Source: Atractiella rhizophila
Lineage: Eukaryota
DNA length: 33,512 bases
Assembly: GCA_021432655.1 (NCBI GenBank)
Contig: MU271669.1
Span: forward strand, 1 to 33,512
Reading direction: 5' to 3'
Shown here: positions 15,788-26,296 of the stretch, piece by piece
Numbering within the stretch: position 1 is the stretch's first letter
How the letters are laid out: every line of letters starts with the position of its first letter
Made by a program: the position numbers and the translations under genes
Notes under the pieces: model-generated
Databases searched by the model: none
The model's input: the letters and a program-made list of their open reading frames with translations, nothing else
What the model was told of the DNA's origin: nothing

Positions 15788-15881
15788 TGAGTGGAGGAGA
15801 CATGATGGATGGGAGGATCCAGTTGGATCGCATTGTGTATACTCACTTTGTCGCTCTGCTTTGATGTTGGTTAGACCTCGC

Positions 15882-18800
15882 CATCGACGTGGTGAGTGGT
15901 CATGGACGCTACTTCTTTATTCTCTTTCATTGAACTTTCAGGCTTTCTTTGGCAGTTGAACAGGTTGTTTATAGCTGCAATTGGTACCCTGCGTTGACAT
16001 GTAATTCTAACCACAACTTACAGATCCCACTGATAATTATTTGTCAAACTAAACCAAATCGTTGTCATGTTTACATTAATGACAGCTAGGCCACATCCAC
16101 CTCCATTATTTCGTCATCGTCAATACCTTCAAATCCATCCATCTGTCCATCCCTCCTATTCTTCTCCTCCGTCTCCTGTTCAGCAGTCCTCATTGCTTCC
16201 TCCTCCTCATCATCAACGCCCCCAGCCATCTCCACATCTTGGTCCAACCCCATCCGCTCTTTCTCCTCCCGCTGTCTCCTCTCAATGTCCTCCAACCCCC
16301 AAAGAGAGATTCCGTTCTGATCCTGCTCGTACGGCTGCGCCATTGCGCGTAGGAACTTTTTAGATGTGACGAGTGCCATGTCGGTTGACAGATTCGTCGC
16401 GGTGTCCGTGATGTACTGATTGATCCATTTCGGAAGCTTGTTCCTCTTATCCGAACGTGAGAACCGCTGCATTCAGTATTAGCTAGTTACTGCCTTGGGT
16501 GGGGAGGCGGGAGAAACGGACCTTGTCGGCAAACACCATGAGCCCGTAGTCTGTCTTTCCTCGCAATACACGTCCTACGCATTGAGCTGCCTGTCGCATT
16601 GCGTCGAATGTGAGGAAATCGTTTTCTCGTATTCGATGGTTGTCGCGCAAATACTCGAGGCGGGCCTTGCACATCGATACATGGTTAGAACTCCAACTCA
16701 AGCATGAACTCAAACGCATCTACCTTCAGTATTCGACTTTCAGTGTACTGCCATGTCCTCCTAGTCAGACATGCCCAGAGATCGGGAGTGGAACTGACCT
16801 GGTATGGGACGCCAAACATGAGTACCGCTCTCCCATAATTGTGATCGAAATCGATGCCCTCTGACACTTTCCCTCTTGCTACAGAGAGTAGTACGGCTCC
16901 TCGTCCATTATCGCAAGCCTGTTCCCGTGGTGATTTTGCAACAGTGGACAAGTGAACAAAGAGAAGACGCACGCGCCGGTAATTCTCCAAGGCTACGCTT
17001 GTCTCTAACGCATCTGGTGTCTCGACAAAAATAAGTTTGTGCTTCCAGGCGTCATTCAAAATTCCCTGCACGATCGCACAGTCAGCTTTCCCTAACATGG
17101 AATCGAGGCAGAGGGACAAACCATATCGTGCCATGCAGCTACGATAGATTCCATATAAAGGTAACTGGGGAAGAAACAGACCAGTCCATCCGGAACAATC
17201 TTGCAGTACTCGATTAGGATTTGTCCAAAGTTCCTCACGACGGCTGGATCGTTCCTGACTTCGAAGCGAGAAGAAATGGCAACTTGGTCGCTGCCTCGCG
17301 TTATTACCTATTGCCAGCCCATCATTGAGGCTTCAAGTCGATTTTGTCTGGGCAGCTAAGTATGGAGCAAAGAGACACACCAGCGGCAGGAAACAGTTTC
17401 GCGTTAACGACATGGCGTAGGATTCTTGAGTGACGGTTTGGAAGTTCAACATTTTGGGATACATGTCGAGAGGTGAAATAGTTCCTGAGGTAATGACCAC
17501 CGACTTAAATCTGTCGAAAACTGGTTTGATAGCTAAGGAAGCATCGAGGCATCTGGCGTTCCCAAGTCCTTTAGCTCACTCATCACGGGATAAAAGTGGA
17601 GGAGGGACAAACGTAAGGTGAAATATTGGATTTGGAATCGTTGCATTGTCCGTTTCGAAAGGTTCAAGAATGAGGAGAAATCCTTTGTCATAGGTAGAGA
17701 CGAGTGTCGCGAAGCCTGCAACCTTTTGAAGAGAGGACAATTCATCGAGTCTGGTTAGCTGGAGTGTGCGGACTAGACATCGACGTGGTGAGTGGTCATG
17801 GACGCTACTTCTTTATTCTCTTTCATTGAACTTTCAGGCTTTCTTTGGCAGTTGAACAGGTTGTTTATAGCTGCAATTGGTACCCTGCGTTGACATGTAA
17901 TTCTAACCACAACTTACAGATCCCACTGATAATTATTTGTCAAACTAAACCAAATCGTTGTCATGTTTACATTAATGACAGCTAGGCCACATCCACCTCC
18001 ATTATTTCGTCATCGTCAATACCTTCAAATCCATCCATCTGTCCATCCCTCCTATTCTTCTCCTCCGTCTCCTGTTCAGCAGTCCTCATTGCTTCCTCCT
18101 CCTCATCATCAACGCCCCCAGCCATCTCCACATCTTGGTCCAACCCCATCCGCTCTTTCTCCTCCCGCTGTCTCCTCTCAATGTCCTCCAACCCCCAAAG
18201 AGAGATTCCGTTCTGATCCTGCTCGTACGGCTGCGCCATGGCGCGTAGGAACTTTTTAGATGTGACGAGTGCCATGTCGGTTGACAGATTCGTCGCGGTG
18301 TCCGTGATGTACTGATTGATCCATTTCGGAAGCTTGTTCCTCTTATCCGAACGTGAGAACCGCTGCATTCAGTATTAGCTAGTTACTGCCTTGGGTGGGG
18401 AGGCGGGAGAAACGGACCTTGTCGGCAAACACCATGAGCCCGTAGTCTGTCTTTCCTCGCAATACACGTCCTACGCATTGAGCTGCCTGTCGCATTGCGT
18501 CGAATGTGAGGAAATCGTTTTCTCGTATTCGATGGTTGTCGCGCAAATACTCGAGGCGGGCCTTGCACATCGATACATGGTTAGAACTCCAACTCAAGCA
18601 TGAACTCAAACGCATCTACCTTCAGTATTCGACTTTCAGTGTACTGCCATGTCCTCCTAGTCAGACATGCCCAGAGATCGGGAGTGGAACTGACCTGGTA
18701 TGGGACGCCAAACATGAGTACCGCTCTCCCATAATTGTGATCGAAATCGATGCCCTCTGACACTTTCCCTCTTGCTACAGAGAGTAGTACGGCTCCTCGT

Positions 18801-19663
18801 CCATTATCGCAAGCCTGTTCCCGTGGTGATTTTGCAACAGTGGACAAGTGAACAAAGAGAAGACGCACGCGCCGGTAATTCTCCAAGGCTACGCTTGTCT
18901 CTAACGCATCTGGTGTCTCGACAAAAATAAGTTTGTGCTTCCAGGCGTCATTCAAAATTCCCTGCACGATCGCACAGTCAGCTTTCCCTAACATGCAATC
19001 GAGGCAGAGGGACAAACCATATCGTGCCATGCAGCTACGATGGATTCCATATAAAGGTAGCTGGGGAAGAAACAAACCAGTCCATCCGGAACAATCTTGC
19101 AGTACTCGATTAGGATTTGTCCAAAGTTCCTCACGACGGCTGGATCGTTCCTGACTTCGAAGCGAGAAGAAATGGCAACTTGGTCGCTTCCTCGTGTTAT
19201 TACCTATTGCCAGGCCATCATTGCCATGTCCAGTCTGGGCAGCTAAGTATGGAGCTAAGAGACACACCAGTGGCAGGAAACAGTTTCGCGTTAACGACAT
19301 GGCGTAGGACTCTTGAGTGACCGTTTGGAAGTTCAACATTTTGGGATACATGTCGAGAGGTGAAATAGTTCCTGAGGTAATGACCACCGACTTAAATCTG
19401 TCGAAAACTGGTTTGATAGCTAAGGAAGCATCGAGGCATCTGGCGTTCCCAAGTCCTTTAGCTCACTCATCACGGGATAAAAGTGGAGGAGGGACAAACG
19501 TAAGGTGAAATATTGGATTTGGAATCGTTGCATTGTCCGTTTCGAAAGGTTCAAGAATGAGGAGAAATCCTTTGTCATAGGTAGAGACGAGTGTCGCGAA
19601 GCCTGCAACCTTTTGAAGAGAGGACAATTCATCGAGTCTGGTTAGCTGGAGTGTGCGGACTAG
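15882..19663. repeat. Tandem direct duplication: unit 1 15882-17776, unit 2 17778-19663
   Basis: Both units start CATCGACGTGGTGAGTGG and end GTGTGCGGACTAG; near-identical, with the offset shifting from 1896 to 1887 at one intron. Confidence 0.97.
16086..17776 (-). pseudogene. RAD3: Promoterless 3' fragment of RAD3/XPD (duplicate of the C-terminal part)
   Basis: Starts mid-exon ([13 protein letters not shown]); carries [28 protein letters not shown] and the same stop; lacks ATG, Walker A, Fe-S region and DEAH. Confidence 0.8.
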
Positions 19664-21555
19664 GGAGGTTAGGCGTTCAGCGCAAAATCTGTAAGCATTT
19701 TTGGATCAGAGAAAGCATTTGATTGAGAAGGGCAAATTGTACCTGAGCGGCTTCTTCTCGATGAAGGTTATGTCTTTTACGTGTTGAAGGAAGGATGTTG
19801 GAGTCTCAGCGACGACATGAAGGACTCGCATCCGCGTCTTTGTCATGCAATCAACCCCTCTTTATTGAAGATCGAGAGTGGGAACAGACCTTCAAATACT
19901 CTATGAAACGTGCCAGGAAAGCAGTAAAGTGTTCAGCCCTCCTTATATTTCCCGGGACAGCTTCCGTGAGTATGTCATCAGGCAAGACTGTACGGGATCC
20001 GCATCAGCATCTAGAAGTGGAGGGTCTTGTATCGTGCGGGACGATACACTCACCAGGGTTCCCAAGAAACATATCCTCCTCTCTCCCCTGTTCCCGATCT
20101 TGTAAACCCTCCACTAGTCGCTGATACTCCTCCTGCAACTTCTCCGCGTCCGTCTGTTTAATCCTTCCACCACCCATCAATGTCACATCACTCTCAATGC
20201 GAAGGAAAGAGAGGTGACGTACTGCTCGATCTTTTCAGAGAGCATTGTCACGCTCCTCGCAGCAGCATCAAGCACAGGCCTCGTTAGATCGATAGACAGA
20301 GCTTCAATGCACACGTTGTCTATTCGTGACCAACACAGAAAGCCACAGGGAGGGTGGTCAAGAACTAGGGAAGGAATGTACGGAACAGGACGAACCGATG
20401 TTGTGAGCTTCGTCGAAGACGACGATGGCGTCCTTCGACATCTCCTTCGACACCTGCTCAGCCACTTTCGGATCGAGGAGATAGTGGAAAGAGTAGATGA
20501 CGACGTCTGCGAATGCGAGCTGTTTACAAGAATGCCACGACATCCACGCGAGGTTCGAGTTAGAAGGGCAAAGGAGAAGGGCTGGGAGAGAACGAACCAT
20601 ACGCCTGACTGTGAAATATGGACAGTAGCCGTTCGTGATTCCGTACTGTTTTACTTCTTCCAGGGTATAGACGCCTGGAGGGATGAGGTGGCCTGGCTCA
20701 AGCGTACCCAATTTCTGATACCATCAATCAGTCATTTTTCATGCAGGACGAGGAAGGAAGAGGGAAGAACGAGGGAAAGAGGAAGGGAAGAACTGACTTC
20801 ATGAAAATCGCACAACTCCACACTCCCAGGTTCCTCCCTCCCCTTCTCACAAACCCAAGCATTCGTCAAATCCCTACACCTAGCATCCACAACCTTCCCT
20901 TTCTTCTCCTTGCTGACCTAGTCCCATTCCATCAAGTTGTAGGTGAGACGTGGAAGAACGGAAGGTTAGACGAACGGTGGGATGGATGCACAGGTTCTTT
21001 CGGCTCGTCAACCCGATTCCCAGGAATGCTTCCTCCTCAATTCCCTCCTTCTCCCTCCTGTAAATCATCAGCCGTTTCAACTCCGCAAGCGCCTTTTCGA
21101 TCTCTGGAACAGTCCGAGAACAGTAGATGAGCTTCCGTTTCTCAGGGTAGAACTATTCATCGCAAACAGTCGCTCGCTCAATGAGTTGATATTCTCGGTG
21201 AGGGGCGAGGAAAACTCACCTGACGGTACGAGATGATGAGTGAGAGCAGTGAAACGGTCTTTCCTGTCCCTGAAGGCATTTCGAGCACGCAATGTCCCTA
21301 TTCACCATCATTCATTACCAAGAGCTGCTCTTCCTCGCCGTGCTTCCTTTGCACGGAATCCTGCACAGGCTGCTCGCAGGTAAGGGGAAAGACCTACTCC
21401 AGCATCCAGCGTGCGTTTGAGGTCGCACATATAGGTGTACTGCTCGGGGTAGATTTTGTCATACGGAAAGATTATCTGTACAAGAGGCGCTAAGTAGTTG
21501 GAGGAGAAAGATGGAGGTAAGAACAAACTGGAAGGTCGTCAATGTAGAACTTCAT
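17982..21555 (-). CDS. RAD3: TFIIH/NER 5'-3' DNA helicase XPD
   Basis: [101 protein letters not shown] 21555-21553, stop at 17982. Confidence 0.97.
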
Positions 21556-22062
21556 CGTCAGATTACAGTGCCTTTGTTTGCCGTTTTATGGCCTGAGAGT
21601 GGATTATGTGTTATATTCACTAAGATGATGTATCCGTGACAGTATTCGAGGCACCTCGCCTGCTCTGCTAGCTCATGGGGTTGGTGAATAAAGGTTTGGC
21701 AACTTTGACGCGTTACGGAACCAAATGACTCGGAAGGCGGGTCCTACATTTTTGTTTCTTCTTCAGGTTATAATACTGCACAGTACTCAAGTTGTTGTAG
21801 TTGTTGTAACCTCATCAACGTAAAGGAGTACAAATAGTGTTATTGGCGGCATCAATGGTAGTTCCTGTCTTATAGCAAGCTCAACACATTCAACGAAGGC
21901 GATAGAAGTGTCAAAGGCATATTGCAATGTGCTGAATAGGGAGAAGAAATGCTATGGTGCCTTTGGCATCCGAAGATATCTGACATGAGCCTGACTTGCT
22001 TTACTTAAATCCATCCGCAGTGTTGCGGGTTTTGACGACGCTGGCCCATCTTTTGTTATTCA

Positions 22063-23193
22063 TCAAGTGAAAAAGTCCATCATGGCGCCAACTCCAAACA
22101 TAGTCGCGACGTCCGAAAACGCGCTACTCTTCTGTTCTCCCTCCTGCTTCTTCCGCTCCTACAACAAATGACATCAGCCATCTTTACAGACTTTAGAGAT
22201 GACGAGAGAGCGTCGGACGCACTCGAATCATGATGCTGAGCCTCTGAGTTCTTCCGACCTCCTCACTTTTCTCCTCTTCTCCAAGTTGCGGCCAGGAGTG
22301 TCGGAGAGGAATGGAGTGCTTGAATCCGTACCTGATGCGTCCGCTACATCTATCTCAGCTCATCTCCAACCAGAGCTGCGAGTGGGGAGGAAGAGGAAGA
22401 GAACGAAGGACGAGAAGAGGGCGAAGGGAGAGACTCACGTTTGAACGTACACATCCCCCTTACCCAGCCGGACCTCTATCCGTGCTCTCTCCCTCCTCTT
22501 TTCTTCCACTCCACCTACATCTTTACCGTCGCCCTCACGTTCCTCGTCAGGTTCGGGTACCGCCTCCTCTTCGAGGACCAATACCCTCTCTCCACCCAAA
22601 CAAACGCCGACGATCCAATCCCCAAACGCCTCTTTCGAATCTACGTGCGGCTTTATCTCTCCTTCTCCTGACAAATGCAATAAATGAACCTCGCTCTCGT
22701 CCTCCGTCGGAAAAATAGACTGCAACCGCTCCCACTCTTCCTTTGGGAGGGTATCGATGAATTCTCGTGCGGATTGAGGCGTGAGAGCCGCTTCGCGGAA
22801 GGAGGAGATGACGGTATCGTAGTGTCCTTCTTCCCACGTATAGCACTGGTGTGGATAAAACTGTTCCCCTTCTTCCAGTGTAACATTCTTCCGCAGCCGC
22901 CGTTGGGAGGGAGTCGGAGGGAGGATGTCGTCTAACTTGCGCAGGGATGACGAGAGGAAGACATTCTGCGCGGAGGGAGAGAGGAAGCGGGGGTAGAGCA
23001 GGAAGGAGGTAGGATCGACGGATGGAGGGAGGGAGTTGACACGGATGAGGGGGGATGAGGATGATAATGAGAGCGGTGTAGGTGCAGATAAATCAGCCGA
23101 GGGCGAGGAAAAGGTGCCCTCCCAGCGTCGCGTGTGGCGGTACGCATGGTGAAATAATCCCAGCGAGCGTGTTTTGGGTTGAAGTCGTAACAT
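22063..23193 (-). CDS. AlkB-family 2OG-Fe(II) dioxygenase, ALKBH7-like, with probable mitochondrial presequence
   Basis: MLRLQPKTRS..., WEEGHYDTVISSFRE, HLLHLSGEGEIKPHVDS, GDVYVQ|TGRIRYGFKHSI, QRLSIMIR: HxD...H...R motif; 3 exons. Confidence 0.88.
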
Positions 23194-23279
23194 GGTCAGT
23201 TGTAACTTTATCTCGCATCCACAATGCTGCGTAAGGTAGACCAGCATTACTCTTTTTCTGTTGGAAAGAAACAGCAGAT

Positions 23280-25397
23280 ATGGATTCCTTCCTCTCTTGG
23301 TGCTCAGACAATGGTATTGCCATCCATCCACAGTTTTCTTTCTCCACATTCGACCCTTCCAACTGGACCGTAACATCCTCCACCTTCCTTCCACAGGATG
23401 ACGTCTGTCCGTGCACTTCATCTCATCTCACAACTTGAACACCATAAAGCTAACGAGACCTCAAAGAAGTATGCAGCATCCCCAAACGGTCCCTCCTCAC
23501 GCCTATCACCTCGTCTTTCCTCCAACCATCAAGCCAGCACCTTCCTGCTTCCCATCCATCTTCTCACACAATCCGCCTCGTGTTATCCCTAGCATACGAG
23601 ATATCCATCGCTCAGAAAAGCAGGTGGTGGCCTTACCTCGCCATTTTACCAGGATTGAGGGAAGGGAGTGAGGATGAGACGGTGCGGGATGAGTTGCCAG
23701 TTTTTTGGGAGGAGCAGAGTGAGGAAAGGAAGTGGTTGAAGGGAACAGAATGCGAAAGGATGTTGAGGAAACAGCGGAGCGAATTTGTGCGTCTTTCTTT
23801 CTCCTTCCGTTTCATTCTTTCTATTCTTTGCGTTCTGTCTCCTCTTTCTATCCACTCTTTTTTAGCTCGCTCTTTTCCATCATTCATTTTTTGCCTATTC
23901 TATTCCATCCTCATCCTGGAGAATATGTCAACTACGGCGTTTTGTTCGTAGCGGAGGTGTTGTCAATGCTTTAAAAGCTCAAGCGCAAGACATCTAGCAA
24001 CGACGAACAGTGGATGAGTAAAAACAGGTCTACATGATGTTGTAGAAGAACAGGGGGAGTGTTCGACTTGACAACCTCTCGAAATGCGCTCCGACCACTT
24101 GTCTGATCTCCATCTGTTCGAGCGAGTACTCTGAGCAACATCTCTCCTGACTCTGTATCAGTCTGTGTTAGGTGGAATAATACACACTATTTTGCTCTAA
24201 TACTTCGCAGGTTAGCGCATTAGAAAAGGATATTTGAGTTCCCTACGAAGTGGATTGATAAATACCGTCTCATCATTCTTCCTATTTTTCTTTATCGCAG
24301 TCAATCCAAACATAACTCATCCATGAAGGGAACAGGACGTCCTCACCTCCCTCTACTCTCTCCACTACACAGATCTCTACACCCTCCGCACCCTTAAACT
24401 CGCATACTACCTCGTCCTTACTCGCGCCTTTCAGATCGACACTAAGCACGGCCTCGGTATGGTACCGGTGGCAGATTTGTCCGTCTTTTCCTTCCTCCTG
24501 CCGAATGCTGAGCTTAATGCGGACAAGATAGATTCAACCACCGTTCGGGCGATAGAAATCACGCACAGCTTGAATCCAACGACGACTCCTTCACCGACCC
24601 CAAAGACGGAGAAACAGGAGGAGGAGGCGAAGCAGACACAGTCGACCTTGTCCTTCAACGGCCTTTCCTTCCTTACCCTTCCTCCTCACGCGAGATCGAC
24701 CAAAGTCAAGTCAACCTTCAAACACCAATGTCGGACGAGACAGATGGAAAAGGAGAGATATTCAACACATATGGAGGGGAGCTGGACAGTGCCCACCTGT
24801 TCGTTAAATATGGAGTTCTGGATGAAGAGGGAGAGAACGAGCGGGACCGGATCCGGTTCGAGCCGTGGGAATTGTCCAGTCTTCCTCCTCCCACTTCGGA
24901 TGCTCTTAACTCCATGCAGAGGAAAGTGGAGAAGGAGGAGGAGGACCTGATTGCAAAATTGGAGCGGTTGGATTTAGTAGCTACCGAAGAGCATTCTTCG
25001 GACGCGTCGGTGGAGGATCAAGAGGGTGAGGATGGATTGGAGGAAGGAGAAGCGCTGTACATATCGTATGACGCGGAACTCTCCCCAGCCCTTTCACGTC
25101 GCGTCACTTCGCTCTCTCAGCTCCGAATTATGTGTGAAGAGCGAATGAAGAGATATTATAAGCCAGATATGGAGGTGGAAGAGCTGCTAGACCTCATAGA
25201 CGTTCGTCTTTCACATTCCTCCTCGTGCGGCGGAGCTAGTATCTGACGGTGAGAGCGGATAGGAGGCTAGAGCGGCTGGGATGAAGAATTTGGTTATGGC
25301 GATGCAGTTGGCTTTAGGTGAGAGAATGGTCCTGAGAGCGGTGGAAGAGAAATGTTTAGATGGCGAAGATGAGGTGGTGGAAGGGGAAATGGAATAG
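23280..25397 (+). CDS. SET-domain protein lysine methyltransferase (Rkm3/SETD6-like)
   Basis: MDSFLSWCSDNGI, CSIPKRSLLT, SRWWPYLAILP, WLKGTE, LVLTRAFQID..HGLGMVPVADL|FNH, GEIFNTYG...LFVKYG; long intron 23787-24335; TAG 25395-25397. Confidence 0.88.
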
Positions 25398-26296
25398 ATA
25401 GTCACGCTGGAGATGCAAGTGGAGAAGGGAGAGGTGGGTCGTTCAATCTTGGTTGGTGTCAAGTTTGTCTTCGGCAGGAATACACTTGATAAAGACAATA
25501 ATGTCGAAAGACAAGGCTACCTCAGCAGCCGCAGTGGGCATAATATCATCCCCTTGATGTTATTCCCACAGAGTTTAGAGCCAGAACTTACTCGTGTTGC
25601 TCTCTCTCTCTCCACGATTACTGCGCGGGAATCTGCTCCGCTTTGCGTACTTGTTCGTTGGGCAATTTTTGGATCACAATGTGGATGTGAATTGTTTGCG
25701 TACTTTGAAAGAAGCACCAGCCCACCGCCTTTGGAGTGATGTTCAACAGACCCTAACCCGCCCGGTGACAAACTGCAGTGCTGTACTTATGGCGTAGATT
25801 CGGACTGGTATGCAGCCCTTTTTAGTCTTTTCAAGGTTGCACATTCTCCCTTGACAGGCACGGCTAGCGCTGAGCGCACCATTCATTTTGATTTCATTTC
25901 CGAAAGCGAATGTATTGTTTTGCAGAGGCCGGTGAAGGCATGAGCGGGAAATGTTCCAGAGATCACTCCCACTGGCACTTCCGCACTCAGATTTCTGCAT
26001 TTCTGAAGGTGTGGTCAACCAAAATTAGCTATTAATGGGAGCCAACCAAATATATGATGAAGTCACGAGCACCAATCTGAGCGCGAACAGGGTACGCGTA
26101 CGGAATTTCGCGGCCTGTGCTTCTGCCAGCATTCGTTGCCAAGCTTTCGGGGAGTGGGCTATGAAAGCGATGTAAAACTTATGGCCTGTCAGTCTAGAAC
26201 GATGGCGTATAACAACGCCTGTTTCTGCCCATTATATGCTTTACCCTTCTGCTTCAACGACCACCATCGCACCTCCCGTCCACCTCGACGAAAGCA

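Noticed and set aside
15882..19663. Direct repeats as LTRs of a retroelement
   Set aside because: The units are adjacent RAD3 gene sequence, with no TG..CA ends or gag/pol.
22435..23421. 328-aa version of the AlkB-like ORF overlapping the SET gene
   Set aside because: The extension is the antisense of SET exon 1; ATG 23193 gives a plausible presequence.
24082..24098. Antisense match to 18S rRNA UGGUGGAGUGAUUU as a snoRNA guide
   Set aside because: Needs two bulges; too weak to assign a target.
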